Shown: positions 1-9,766 of the stretch, in pieces
Position numbering within the stretch: position 1 is the first letter of the stretch
Layout: the number at the start of each line of letters is the position of its first letter
DNA from: Thermodesulfobacteriota bacterium
GTDB lineage: Bacteria; Desulfobacterota; Binatia; Bin18
Reading direction: 5' to 3'
Assembly: GCA_964291405.2 (NCBI GenBank)
Contig: OZ219926.1
Span: 1,120,001 to 1,184,000, forward strand
DNA: 64,000 bases
Position numbers and translations under genes: made by a program
Notes under the pieces: generated by a model
Told to the model about the DNA's origin: nothing
Database searches by the model: none
What the model saw: the letters and a program-made list of their open reading frames with translations, nothing else

Positions 1-218
1 ATAATAATATCGCGCAGGGTAATGGACGGCAGATTGAGATTCGTCAGCTTCCCGGCCAAAAGATAGCTCAGCGCTTCCTCCAGTGAGGAGTGATTCAGAA
101 TAATCGAGTGTAAAAAGCTCGCCAGCACCGGCTCGCGGTCGGCTTCCAGCGCGGCTTCGTCTCGAATGGCTTGCCAGACCCAGTCGTCAGATGTTTGGTG
201 TTGCTCAACGGCGCGCAT
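1..218 (-). CDS. cysE: Serine O-acetyltransferase, N-terminal part (runs off window start)
   Basis: Manual translation from ATG at 218: MRAVEQHQTSDDWVWQAIRDEAALEADREPVLASFLHSIILNHSSLEEALSYLLAGKL..., the CysE N-terminal helical domain pattern (EPxLASFxHxxILxHxxLxxALSY); GGAGG RBS upstream. Not in the ORF track because it is truncated. Confidence 0.9.
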   Translation of the reverse strand, partial: MRAVEQHQTSDDWVWQAIRDEAALEADREPVLASFLHSIILNHSSLEEALSYLLAGKLTNLNLPSITLRDII

Positions 219-242
219 GCAGGTCCTCCCGAGAAAACTTTC

Positions 243-251
243 TGGTATAAT
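243..251 (+). promoter_or_regulatory. Putative extended -10 promoter element (TGnTATAAT) for the LOG operon
   Basis: TGGTATAAT in the cysE/LOG divergent intergenic region, about 85 bp upstream of the ATG at 336. Confidence 0.4.
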
Positions 252-335
252 CAGGCTTTCTCCTTGCCTAGGCTTTTCCTCTACACGGAACGGCGAGGAA
301 GAACAACATGATAGTACGAATATGGGATACGCTGT

Positions 336-887
336 ATGAAACGTCTCTGTGTTTTTACCGGGTCGTACCTGGGCGCCCGACCGGAATATCTCTCGGCCGC
401 CCAAGCACTTGGCAGAGAACTGGCCACCCGGGGCCTCGAACTGGTCTACGGAGGAGCGCATATCGGTCTCATGGGCGCGCTGGCTGACACTGTCCTGGCC
501 GAGAACGGGCGGGTGATCGGCGTCATTCCCGACACGCTGGTTGACCGTGAGGTGGCTCATCATGGTCTCTCGGAACTCCACGTGGTCGGCTCCATGCATG
601 AGCGCAAGGCGAAAATGGCCGAACTCGCCGACGGGGTGATCGCCCTGCCCGGTGGCATTGGCACACTGGAGGAATTGTTTGAAGCCCTCACCTGGCGGGC
701 GTTGAATATCCACGCCAAGCCCTGCGGCCTGCTGAACATCAATCATTACTACGATCTGCTGCTTCAATTCTTGCAGCACAGCGTGAATGAGCAGTTTTTG
801 AAAGCGCAGTATCGCGCCCTGCTGCTGGTTGAAGAACATCCAGGCAAGCTCCTTGATCACTTGGAACAACAAGAGGGCTCACCATGA
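336..887 (+). CDS. LOG family nucleotide phosphoribohydrolase (TIGR00730-like)
   Basis: LVYGG, GLMG, MHERK and PGGIGTLEE motifs. Confidence 0.92.
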   Translation: MKRLCVFTGSYLGARPEYLSAAQALGRELATRGLELVYGGAHIGLMGALADTVLAENGRVIGVIPDTLVDREVAHHGLSELHVVGSMHERKAKMAELADGVIALPGGIGTLEELFEALTWRALNIHAKPCGLLNINHYYDLLLQFLQHSVNEQFLKAQYRALLLVEEHPGKLLDHLEQQEGSP

Positions 888-1249
888 CGCATACGCCCAT
901 CAATCTGACGCAAAAACTCACCACGTTCTCAGACCATTGGTCCCCCAAAATCGTCGCCCGGATGAACGACTATCATCTCAAGCTGGTCAAACTCAAAGGC
1001 GATTTTGTCTGGCACAGGCATGTTGAGACGGACGAAGTCTTTCTTGTTCTACAGGGATCGATGCGGATTGATTTTCGGGATGGCAGCGTTGAGCTGAGGG
1101 CGGGAGAAATGTTTGTTGTGCCGAAAGGCGTCGAGCATAAACCGTGGGCCGAAAAGGAATGTCATGTCCTGCTGGTTGAGCCCGCCGGCACGGTCAATAC
1201 AGGCGACGCCGGTGGCGCCTTGACCGCCGATGATGATAGTTGGGTCTAG
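884..1249 (+). CDS. Cupin domain protein
   Basis: WSPKIVA, [17 protein letters not shown] and [14 protein letters not shown] cupin motifs; ATGA overlap with upstream gene. Confidence 0.9.
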   Translation: MTHTPINLTQKLTTFSDHWSPKIVARMNDYHLKLVKLKGDFVWHRHVETDEVFLVLQGSMRIDFRDGSVELRAGEMFVVPKGVEHKPWAEKECHVLLVEPAGTVNTGDAGGALTADDDSWV

Positions 1250-1258
1250 GAGCCCCCT

Positions 1259-1744
1259 ATGTCTACCGTCACCGTTGTTGAAGCGGACTTGCATCGGCCC
1301 GATCACCAAGAGGCAGTCCTCCAGCTCGTGAACAATTACGCCCGCGATCCGATGGGCAATAGTCAAGACCTGCCGCAAGACGTGTGCACTCGCCTTATTC
1401 CAGGCCTACAGGCCCACCCGACAACGTTGATTTTCCTGGCCTATCGAGGAGACGAAGCCGTGGGGATTGCCGTGTGTTTCCGGGGTTTCTCCACCTTTGC
1501 TGCGAAACCGCTGATAAACATCCACGACTTGGCGGTAAATCCGGACTGTCGTGGACAAGGCATCGGGCGCTTATTATTACAGCACGTAGAACACACGGCA
1601 CGTGAGTTGGGCTGCTGTAAGCTGACATTGGAAGTACAACTCAATAATACGGTTGCCCAAGGATTGTATTTGGGTGTCGGCTTTATTCGAGCGACCTATG
1701 ATCCGGAGGCTGGACAGGTTCTTTTTCTGCAAAAGCCGCTGTGA
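1259..1744 (+). CDS. GNAT family N-acetyltransferase
   Basis: NIHDLAV..CRGQGIGR acetyl-CoA motif, CKLTLEV, AxxLY..GF. Confidence 0.9.
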   Translation: MSTVTVVEADLHRPDHQEAVLQLVNNYARDPMGNSQDLPQDVCTRLIPGLQAHPTTLIFLAYRGDEAVGIAVCFRGFSTFAAKPLINIHDLAVNPDCRGQGIGRLLLQHVEHTARELGCCKLTLEVQLNNTVAQGLYLGVGFIRATYDPEAGQVLFLQKPL

Positions 1745-1862
1745 CACAATTCTTCTTTCATCGAGCAGTACGAAAAAGATGGCGAACACGAGATGGAGGC
1801 ATAGACGACCGTCCCGATTGCGTGCTTGACTCCCTCATCACAGCGGTCTACTCCTCAGAAGG

Positions 1863-2096
1863 ATGAAAACAATCTCGATTGCCGTGGACGAGCACTTGCT
1901 CGAACAGATTGATACCCTTGCCCAGGCTAGACACAAGAAGCGAGCTGAGTTGTTCAGTGAAGCCGTTCGCCAGTGGCTCAAACAGCAGCAGCTCAAAGCA
2001 CTCGTAAAACAGGACCGCCAGGGCTATCGCAAAAAACCTGTCCAAGCCGATGAATTTGGGCCTCTCCTCCGCGCCCAACAGTGGGAGAAAATGTGA
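1863..2096 (+). CDS. Ribbon-helix-helix (CopG-like) antitoxin
   Basis: MKTISIAVDEHLLEQID...RAELFSEAV RHH pattern; overlaps the start of the toxin gene. Confidence 0.8.
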   Translation: MKTISIAVDEHLLEQIDTLAQARHKKRAELFSEAVRQWLKQQQLKALVKQDRQGYRKKPVQADEFGPLLRAQQWEKM

Positions 2097-2410
2097 GGCG
2101 CGGTGAGATTTGGAATTTTCGTTTTGACAGACCGGACAAACAACGTCCGGTACTTATCCTGACTCGCCAAGAGATCATTCCCGTGCTGCATACGGTCACA
2201 GTGGCACCCCTCACAACTACAATTCGAGGCGTGCCGAGTGAAGTCGTGCTCGGTCCTGAAGCTGGTCTTAAAACTCAATCCGCCATCAATCTCCACCATC
2301 TGGTTACTGTTCCAAAGTCTCAACTTAGGCGCTTTGTCGGAACTGTTTCTCCTGCAACACTCCAACGCGTCAAGGAGGCTATGCTCTTCGCTCTAGGTTT
2401 TGACGATTAG
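2093..2410 (+). CDS. mazF: MazF/PemK family endoribonuclease toxin
   Basis: RRGEIW...DKQRPVLILTR...VTVAPLTT..RGVPSEV; GTGA overlap with antitoxin, start taken at GTG 2093. Confidence 0.88.
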   Translation: MRRGEIWNFRFDRPDKQRPVLILTRQEIIPVLHTVTVAPLTTTIRGVPSEVVLGPEAGLKTQSAINLHHLVTVPKSQLRRFVGTVSPATLQRVKEAMLFALGFDD

Positions 2411-2471
2411 CCGACGGGGCCGGCGGGGTATGCCCTGCGCCTCACAGGCGACTTGCAGTTGCGATTCTCAC

Positions 2472-2978
2472 ATGGACACTCCGCCGCCGGACTACTATTA
2501 CCGCAACTTCCCTTCCCAGGTCCTGCCTGCCCGAACGCCGTTTACCCGTGTCGGTCGGGGGGATGCCGGACTCTTGTTTATTTATGTCTCCAATCGCCGC
2601 CAACGCTGGAGCGTCTTACTCGACAAGAAGCAGGTGGAGCACATCTATCCGGAAGCACGCAAGCAGATTCCGCCCGGCTTCGCGCACGTCTGGTTGTTGG
2701 AAAAATGCTATAGTACGCGCCCTGCCGGTTTCCACACACGGACAAAACACGCCTCTCCGCTCCGCCAGCCCGCTCACGGAGACCGCACCCCGGTCACCGG
2801 ACTGGGAGAGTCGTTCATTCTCTTAGCCGAACCATCTCCCGCGCCCGGCGTGCAGGGCGACGTCCTGTCCTACCACTTGCAGGAAGGGGCTGCTATCGAG
2901 GCGGCCGAAGAATACACCAAACGGTTCCACCGTCGCGCCGTGGTGGGTTTGCTGGTGTGGGACGATTATTGGTTCTAG
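2472..2978 (+). CDS. Hypothetical protein
   Basis: Open frame 2400-2978, most plausible ATG at 2472 (MDTPPPDYYY...); protein-like composition, no family recognised. Confidence 0.5.
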   Translation: MDTPPPDYYYRNFPSQVLPARTPFTRVGRGDAGLLFIYVSNRRQRWSVLLDKKQVEHIYPEARKQIPPGFAHVWLLEKCYSTRPAGFHTRTKHASPLRQPAHGDRTPVTGLGESFILLAEPSPAPGVQGDVLSYHLQEGAAIEAAEEYTKRFHRRAVVGLLVWDDYWF

Positions 2979-3002
2979 CGTGTTTCACGATCAGTTGTAG
3001 CC
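2975..3002 (+). repeat. Isolated end of the CTAG-bounded MITE-like element family
   Basis: CTAGCGTGTTTCACGATCAGTTGTAGCC matches the left end of the element at 36520 (CTAGAGCGTTTTACTATAGGCTGTAGCC) at 21 of 28 positions. Confidence 0.5.
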
Positions 3003-3215
3003 ATTCAGCCGTTCGTGTGGGAGCTGCCAGCGGAGGGAGGGATTCTGACACCGGAGGGCCATCGCATTCCAGGCCCAGCCCTGAGCACGGCAACGGTGAT
3101 CGCGGCGATACCCCGTAGGCTTGTCACGAACATGTTCCACTCCTCCTCTTCCCCTGCCGCCTCTCCACCCCCTGCCGTGCTTTTGCTGTCGCAGCAGGAG
3201 GGCAGCGTGGTTTTG

Positions 3216-3309
3216 TGATCACCAGCCCCAACCGCACCACGTTCGCCTGCTGGGTGATGCCTTGCTTGCGGTCAATCTGCTTCAGGGACCAATAGCCGGA
3301 GACTGCCAT
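3216..3309 (-). pseudogene. Relic of the C-terminal HTH of a LuxR-type regulator
   Basis: YWSLKQIDRKQGITQQANVVRLGL aligns with HWHLGQMYHKLGLTRQADLVRLVL at the end of the adjacent LuxR gene. Confidence 0.55.
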
Positions 3310-3384
3310 ACGTCCCGGCGGCCCGCGCTGGCCAGGCCACCAAGGGCGGGCCCTGGGGGGCAGCCGGCCCTACCGCGCTCAGGC

Positions 3385-4512
3385 TCACTCGGCGAGCGAC
3401 AGCACCAGGCGCACCAGATCCGCCTGCCGGGTAAGGCCGAGCTTGTGGTACATCTGCCCCAGGTGCCAGTGGATGGATTTTTCCCGTAGCCCCGTCGCCG
3501 CGGCTATCTCGCGCACGCTCTTGCCTTCCGCCAACCACACCGCCACCTGGCTCTCCGTCGGCGAGAGCTCCAGGGCCGCAGCCACCAGCATCGGATCGAG
3601 GCGGGACTGGCGGCCCGGCTCGGCGATCAGCACCAGCGCGGCGACCCGCTGCGCCCCAAAGTCTGGCCGCCGGACGACCACGGGTTTGACGTGCACCACG
3701 AGCGGCGGCCCCACGGCCGCACGCCGGAGCAGCATCGACCCACTGAGGGCGCTCCCGGCAGTCGGCAACGCCTGAGCCACGAGGCGCGCCAGCCGGGCTT
3801 GGTCGGCCGGGGCGCGGGCCCGCAGTTCGCCGTCCCGGTCGAACACGCCATCGCCATGGCGCAGCAGGGCCCGGGCGCGGTCATTCGCCTCCACGATCCG
3901 CCCCCGCCGGTCCAGGTAGAGGACGCCCATCCGCGGCGTGTCGAGCAGCCCGGCCGCCGACACGCCCTGCGCCTCGGCTTTGGCCAGCGTCTGCTGAACC
4001 CGGACAAATTGGCGAATATGGGGCAGCAGCCCCTGAAGTAGCGCCAGTTGCGGCCCTTCCCAGCCCCCCGGGCCGACCGGGTCAGCGGTAGCCCAGGTGA
4101 TATGGGAGCCGTCCGGCCCGTCCAGACGGACATTCAAGCTGTCCTGGCTGCTGGCCCGGAGCATCGACTCGTTGTAGGCAGGCGAGGTCTGCAACTCCTC
4201 GGCCGTGTACAGGTCGGTGATGTGGACCACGCGGCTGTCAGGCAGGCGCCGTACGCGCGGCACGCGCTCGTCGATGGGGTGATAGAGGGTGAGGTATTCG
4301 CGCTCCAGGTCTTCGCGGCGCTCCCCCCGGTAGTGGGCCTGGGCGAAAAGGACTCGGACATCGTCCTTGGGGCCGGCGCCGACCAGCAGGCCATTCCCTT
4401 GCATACCACAGGCCTCATCGATCAGGGCGGAGGTGACCGACCACAGGGTCTCGTCGAGCATAGTCTCGTATAAAGAGGCCAGGATCCGTTCAAACACGTC
4501 TTGGTCACTCAT
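3385..4512 (-). CDS. LuxR-type HTH transcriptional regulator with N-terminal sensor and PAS-like regions
   Basis: C-terminal LSPTESQVAVWLAEGKSVREIA...QADLVRLV; central LDRRGRIVEANDRA PAS-like segment; start at MSDQD. Confidence 0.88.
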   Translation of the reverse strand: MSDQDVFERILASLYETMLDETLWSVTSALIDEACGMQGNGLLVGAGPKDDVRVLFAQAHYRGERREDLEREYLTLYHPIDERVPRVRRLPDSRVVHITDLYTAEELQTSPAYNESMLRASSQDSLNVRLDGPDGSHITWATADPVGPGGWEGPQLALLQGLLPHIRQFVRVQQTLAKAEAQGVSAAGLLDTPRMGVLYLDRRGRIVEANDRARALLRHGDGVFDRDGELRARAPADQARLARLVAQALPTAGSALSGSMLLRRAAVGPPLVVHVKPVVVRRPDFGAQRVAALVLIAEPGRQSRLDPMLVAAALELSPTESQVAVWLAEGKSVREIAAATGLREKSIHWHLGQMYHKLGLTRQADLVRLVLSLAE

Positions 4513-5080
4513 ACCGTTGCTTCCTGCATTGCGTGCACACACGCCTCTTCCGGTTCACCCTACACGATCGCCCAGCTCCTCTCACCGAGAAAATTACTGG
4601 TTTCCTACATAATATCAGCAGATATTTTCATAAAATAATAAAGAGGGCCGGATAAAGCCCACCGATAACGCCGGGTGGCGGGGATGAAAAAGTGACGCGG
4701 CAGCGCGCTCAATCCGTCGAGCCCGGCCCGGCGCCCCGCTGCGGGGTCTTCCCCTGCTCCCAGAAGGTACTGACAAACCTTGTAAGACTACCTGGTAGTT
4801 TTCCCAGAGTAAAACACCCCGAGATGGTGTATAGGAGCGTTTCACATGCGTGGACGCCGGCCAGGCACCGGACGGCGGTCCCTGGAGAGGGGGGGGGCTG
4901 TGGAGACGCGAGGAATCTTGGGGGGAGCGGGCCGGGGGCAACCAGGTAGAGGCCGGCGGCGCCATGCGGCTGTTGGACAGCGAGACGACGGCGGCAATCT
5001 CGATTCCCGGCGACGGGAAGACGGGCATCGTTGAGATTAATCAGACAAAATGACGTGCAGCGCAGAACGGAGGAGCGCAC

Positions 5081-5617
5081 ATGAGACAGCATACGGATCG
5101 ACGGATGACTTTGTGGGAGGCACGGCGGGTTTTGCTCCTCCATCTCTGTCTGGGGTTGGTGGTCTTGGCGTCGTCTCTGGCACAGGCCGCCTCGCTGGAG
5201 AATCCGAGTGGGGGGCTGTTTTATTCGGGCGTGGGAGTCATCTCGGGCTGGAAGTGTGAAGCCAACGGGGAGCTCACCGTGCGCTTTAACGGGGGAGAGC
5301 CGGTTCCCCTGGTGTACGGCAGCGAGCGGCCCGATGTTCTCGACGCCGGGGCGTGTGCCAGCGCCGATGTCGGCTTTGTGGCTATCTGGAACTGGGCGCG
5401 GCTCGGGGATGGGACCCATACGGCCGTGGCCTACGATGATGGGGAGGAGTTTGCCCGCAGCACGTTTCAGGTCGCCACCCTCGTGGAAGGTGAGGACTTT
5501 GTCCGAGGGATAAGTGGCCGCTTTCGGGCGCGGGACTTTCCGGACCCGGGGGTGAATGTGCTGCTGCGCTGGAATCAGAATGTGCAGGGGTTTGTGATTG
5601 AGGGCGTGGAAGAGTAA
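5081..5617 (+). CDS. Secreted hypothetical protein, beta-rich single domain
   Basis: GGAGGAG RBS; signal peptide ending AQA; mature ASLENPSGG..SGVGVISGWKCE..GFVAIWNWARLGDGTHTAVAY; two Cys in the mature part. Confidence 0.8.
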   Translation: MRQHTDRRMTLWEARRVLLLHLCLGLVVLASSLAQAASLENPSGGLFYSGVGVISGWKCEANGELTVRFNGGEPVPLVYGSERPDVLDAGACASADVGFVAIWNWARLGDGTHTAVAYDDGEEFARSTFQVATLVEGEDFVRGISGRFRARDFPDPGVNVLLRWNQNVQGFVIEGVEE

Positions 5618-5636
5618 CGGGCCACAGGAGGGCCGC

Positions 5637-8600
5637 ATGAAGAAGCTAAGCACCATCCTGCGTCTCCTGCTCCTAATCGTCCTCCTTGGCTGGACGGGAG
5701 TTATTACACAGCCCGCCTCAGCCCAACAGACCGTCACCCTGTCCGGGCGGGTCACCGACGCTGCCGGCAATGCCGTCTCGGGCGCAACCGTGAATCTGGA
5801 AGACCCCGGCTGGGTTGGACAGGAGACGGACGCGAATGGCAACTATCGCCTCTCGGTGGCCCCGAGGACCTACCGTCTGCGGGTGCGGCCTCGGCACGGT
5901 CCACTCATTGCCCAAAAGATCGAAGGGCTGCGGCTCTCAATGAATACCACCCGCAACTTTGTTTTGGAGGAAGGGGTGACGCTGTCGGGACAGGTCACTG
6001 CCAATGGGCAGCCGGTACCCCATCCGTGGCTGTGGGTCGTAAACGACGAGGGTCAAGAGGTCAGTTTCAATTCTGCGAATGCCTCCGGCCACTACAGTCT
6101 GGGGGTGCCTACCGGGACCTATAAGGTCAACGTGTATAGCGAAGACTTCTTGGGCACGACCGTGGAGGGGGTGGCGATAACCCAGGACACCGTCCTCAAC
6201 ATCACCCTGGAATCCGGCGTACTGCTGGAAGGCACAGTGGTGGACGACGCTGGCCAGCCCGTGCCGGACGCTCAGGTGTGTGCCCGCCTGCCGACCGAGC
6301 GACCGTATGGGCACACCTGTTCTGAGGCCGATCCTGGAGGCCGCTTTCAACTCAGTGTCGCTCCGGAGGTGTATGTCGTTACGGCCACTCCATTAGCCCC
6401 GCTCCACCCGACCCGGCATCGCCTGGAGGTCAGCGGAGCGGGAGTGACAGACCTTGTGCTGACAGTGAGTCGGGACCCCACGCCGTTTGTGCCTGACGAC
6501 CCCCCCAAGGCCGCGCTTATCAGTATCTCCCCGCCTCCGGTGGACGGCGAGGTGACGGTAACCGGAGCGGCCGGTTCCGTTGCACCGCACAGCACGGTCG
6601 TCGCTACGACTCTGGAGACCGGGACCTTTACCACTGCGCAGGCTACGGCCAGTGGAAGCTTTACCGCCAGAGTGTTCGCCCCGGCCAGCACGTCTGTCCT
6701 CATCAAAGCTGACCCGTTCGGTCCGAGCGTGGCGCAGTTTTTACCTGCCCCTGGCGATGAGACCGACCATCCGATTCGACTGAGCAACGGAGAGCAGGGT
6801 GGCAGTCACACGGCGCTCGCAGGCCTCTCCGGAACGATTCTCCGCGTGGCCGACCCCTCAGGCGCAGGCATTCCGAGCGGCGGGGCAGGGCGGATCTATT
6901 GGGACCGGCTTCCCGCTTGGACTTTCCAGGGCTCCATCAATACCCAGACCCTGGCCCCCGGTGATCCGCTACAGGTCCGCGGTAGGGTCCAGATAGATTC
7001 ACCAGCCTTACAGGGGGTCAGCGCGCTCCAGGTGGTTACACGCCTCGAGCTTGAGCGGCTCTCCGACACCGATGGATCGAGTATCCTCCGCCGCAACACT
7101 TTTGCATCTACCTTCGTCACCCCTACCGGGCTACCGATTGAACGGGAGCCTCGGTCTTGGAATGCTGGCTTAAGCCAATTCCAAGACGCACCTTTGGTCA
7201 AAACGTCTTCCACTCAGGCCGAAGCAGAGGTTAATCTGACCCTCGCCCTGCCGCCAGACTTGCCTGCCGGATATTATCGTCCATTTCTTGATTTTGACCT
7301 TCCTGAGATACCACAGGAAGAGCCTCCTAGCCATTCAATTCTTACGCTGACACACTCACCGCGCCGAAGTTCGCCACTCGAAGCCCGCCTGCCGATTATC
7401 CAGGTGGGGAGTCCAGCCCAACCACGCCTGTATTGGACTCTCTTCTTCGACACGCTCAGTAACGGGTCGCGGGGGGTCGTGGCCGTGGAAGACGCCGACC
7501 GTTTTGGCATCGCCCAACGGATTCTCACCTCGTCGGAAACATTTGTGATCCCGCGGCTGGGGATGGCCTCGGGCCAGCCTCTGACCTATCGCCTTGAACC
7601 GTTTGTCCCGACGGTGTCCATTGCCAACGGCGCGCAAGGGAATCTCCCCACCCCGCCTCGCATCCCCTTCCAGTTCCCCTCCGGAAGTCTCACCGTCACG
7701 ATTCACCGCCCCGATGGGACCGAAACGGTTCTGGGACCCGCCCCGTTCGTGCAGCCGCGGCTGAAGAGCCTCGTGGACGACGAGGGCGATCTCTTAGATT
7801 TAGGTGGGGGCCATATCACCAATGCCTACCAACTCAGCACGATGGACCCCCGCTTTGAAGTTTCCTTTGCTCAAGACGGCCTGCACGTCATTACCGTCGA
7901 GGGGACGATTGACGACATCTGGGGGAATACCTGGACCGGAGGTGGGACCTACGAGGTCCAGGTTGGTCGGGTTCTGGCTCTGGATACCGCCGTGCTACCC
8001 GGCACCCACTTTGAGGTGGGCGATGGCTTCAACCCAGGCTTAGTAGTCTCTCCACCGATGACGGCCGAGGTGGAGGTCCGACTTCAGCACATCCCTCACT
8101 CGGATGTCAGCCAGCTCCAGGAGCAGGTGATCCGAGGCCGGACGAACCGCTTTGGATATTTTCAACCGGCGGGCAACAGTGTGATATTCGAGCAGCCGGG
8201 CGAGTACCGGGTGGATATCACGGTACGGGGTCGGGATGACCGGGGGCAACTGTGGATGGGCTCCCGTACTTGGGGCGGCATCGTGGCCCCCATCAATCCC
8301 ACTATCGTCGCCCACGGGCGGCGGGGTATTGATGACCAGGACACGATTGGACCGCAGTGGTTCACGCGTGACCAGATCGGCATTCCGGTTGGTGGAAGCC
8401 ATGTGCACTTTCCCTTTCAGTCCGGCGATGTCACCTGGCTCGAAAATGCAGACGCCTCCATCCCACTCCTGACCTTTCATGACCCGAGCCGCCAGCTCAC
8501 CGAGCTTCTGCGGCCAAGAGCAGACACGATTCCTCTCGGATTTGGCGCCGGTAGCTTTGCGGAGCGCGTCGTGGTGGGCGAAACCCCCCTGTTCCTCAGT

Positions 8601-9752
8601 CGGCCCGATGAGATTGATCCCCATATCGATCCCACCAAAGTCGACCTCTGGGCCTACAGCTATCGCTCCGTGCAGCGCCCCCTCGTTCGTGTCCGTGAAG
8701 AGATTGGCGAAGAAGCCATTCCGAATCCGTACTGGCGCTTTGACGAACGCTACGCCAACCAGATCGGGGTAGGCCAACATGGCGACCTGCCCGGCGAGTT
8801 CAAGTTTCAGTATGGGGCGGCGGTGCTGCATGGCTCCGCGCTTGACCAGTCCCACTATGCCATCCACGGCTCCCTGTTTGTCTTGGTACCGGATGACGAC
8901 CCCGCAGGTTCGCGCACCTTTCCGCCGTTTCAGGGCAATGGTGGGGGGCCGAGCGGTGGCCCCCTCTTTACGCTCAAGGGAGAGGAGATCGATCTCTTTA
9001 TCCATCTGACCGGAGTCCGACCCGGCAGTGTATTGGAGACCGGCAACACCTTTGCCCTTGTCGGGGCCATCGGTCCCACCCTGCCCGCCCAGGTAACCTA
9101 CACCGTTACTGCCCCGGATGGCAGCCAACGGACCTTCAGCGGACAGGCGAATGAAATTGGGTATTACTATGAGCCGGAGGATAACTTCATTGTCGACCAG
9201 CCGGGGCGATACACCGTTGATCTGCAAGTCACGTATGATGGGAGTACCTCCGCTGGGCAAGTGACCGCGCCCTTTCCCCAGGGAGACGTACTCGGCACGG
9301 CCCGGGGACGTTTCTCCGTGTATGTCGTCTCGCCCCATAGTATGCCGTTGACTGTGGACTTGCCTCGGCATGATTTCCTGACGGCACCATCGGACTTCAC
9401 GGTCACGGCCAGTACACCAACAGAGATGACGCTTACGAGCGGGCATATGACAGCGTTGATGCCGGGCGTGGTACTGGAGGATGGGCCACTGTCGGTGGAG
9501 GCCAACGGGCTGACATATGATTACAATCCCGTGAGTCTGGCTGCTGGAGTCCCGATCCTGGATGTAGAACGCTTTGGCCAGCCGGTCGCGGCGGATGTAG
9601 TCACGGTGAGTCTGTTTGGGGAGGGGACGGACAGCGAAGGCCAGCCGAGTTATGCAGCACGAGTGGTGACATTGCACGGGGCAGAGTTCCTCAATCTGAC
9701 ACCGGTCGCGCCTAGCCCCAATGCGATCCGTGACCTGGAACCGCTGGAGTAA
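5637..9752 (+). CDS. Large secreted protein with three N-terminal carboxypeptidase-regulatory-like (transthyretin-fold) repeats, paralogue 1
   Basis: CAGGAGG RBS; signal peptide ending ASA; repeats of LSGxVTDxxGxPVxGAxV...TDxNGxYxLxVxPGTY; remaining ~1050 aa beta-rich and unassigned. Confidence 0.85.
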   Translation: MKKLSTILRLLLLIVLLGWTGVITQPASAQQTVTLSGRVTDAAGNAVSGATVNLEDPGWVGQETDANGNYRLSVAPRTYRLRVRPRHGPLIAQKIEGLRLSMNTTRNFVLEEGVTLSGQVTANGQPVPHPWLWVVNDEGQEVSFNSANASGHYSLGVPTGTYKVNVYSEDFLGTTVEGVAITQDTVLNITLESGVLLEGTVVDDAGQPVPDAQVCARLPTERPYGHTCSEADPGGRFQLSVAPEVYVVTATPLAPLHPTRHRLEVSGAGVTDLVLTVSRDPTPFVPDDPPKAALISISPPPVDGEVTVTGAAGSVAPHSTVVATTLETGTFTTAQATASGSFTARVFAPASTSVLIKADPFGPSVAQFLPAPGDETDHPIRLSNGEQGGSHTALAGLSGTILRVADPSGAGIPSGGAGRIYWDRLPAWTFQGSINTQTLAPGDPLQVRGRVQIDSPALQGVSALQVVTRLELERLSDTDGSSILRRNTFASTFVTPTGLPIEREPRSWNAGLSQFQDAPLVKTSSTQAEAEVNLTLALPPDLPAGYYRPFLDFDLPEIPQEEPPSHSILTLTHSPRRSSPLEARLPIIQVGSPAQPRLYWTLFFDTLSNGSRGVVAVEDADRFGIAQRILTSSETFVIPRLGMASGQPLTYRLEPFVPTVSIANGAQGNLPTPPRIPFQFPSGSLTVTIHRPDGTETVLGPAPFVQPRLKSLVDDEGDLLDLGGGHITNAYQLSTMDPRFEVSFAQDGLHVITVEGTIDDIWGNTWTGGGTYEVQVGRVLALDTAVLPGTHFEVGDGFNPGLVVSPPMTAEVEVRLQHIPHSDVSQLQEQVIRGRTNRFGYFQPAGNSVIFEQPGEYRVDITVRGRDDRGQLWMGSRTWGGIVAPINPTIVAHGRRGIDDQDTIGPQWFTRDQIGIPVGGSHVHFPFQSGDVTWLENADASIPLLTFHDPSRQLTELLRPRADTIPLGFGAGSFAERVVVGETPLFLSRPDEIDPHIDPTKVDLWAYSYRSVQRPLVRVREEIGEEAIPNPYWRFDERYANQIGVGQHGDLPGEFKFQYGAAVLHGSALDQSHYAIHGSLFVLVPDDDPAGSRTFPPFQGNGGGPSGGPLFTLKGEEIDLFIHLTGVRPGSVLETGNTFALVGAIGPTLPAQVTYTVTAPDGSQRTFSGQANEIGYYYEPEDNFIVDQPGRYTVDLQVTYDGSTSAGQVTAPFPQGDVLGTARGRFSVYVVSPHSMPLTVDLPRHDFLTAPSDFTVTASTPTEMTLTSGHMTALMPGVVLEDGPLSVEANGLTYDYNPVSLAAGVPILDVERFGQPVAADVVTVSLFGEGTDSEGQPSYAARVVTLHGAEFLNLTPVAPSPNAIRDLEPLE
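5661..5759 (+). repeat. 99-bp exact direct repeat, copy 1 (signal peptide region)
   Basis: Identical to 9791-9889 by direct comparison. Confidence 0.9.
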
Positions 9753-9766
9753 GGGGAGCAGACCTC

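Noticed and set aside
336-887. LOG/SLOG protein as the missing Thoeris sensor
   Set aside because: It is 50 kb away in a housekeeping-like operon and has ordinary LOG motifs.
4850-5053. Short ORFs in the LuxR/secreted-cluster intergenic region
   Set aside because: G-rich, low complexity, no recognisable homology; treated as non-coding.
4709-5842. 377-aa minus-strand ORF
   Set aside because: Overlaps two well-supported plus-strand genes; no recognisable motif.
8040-9677. 545-aa minus-strand ORF
   Set aside because: Antisense shadow of the giant secreted protein; not preserved as one ORF opposite the paralogue; expected from GC-rich codon bias.
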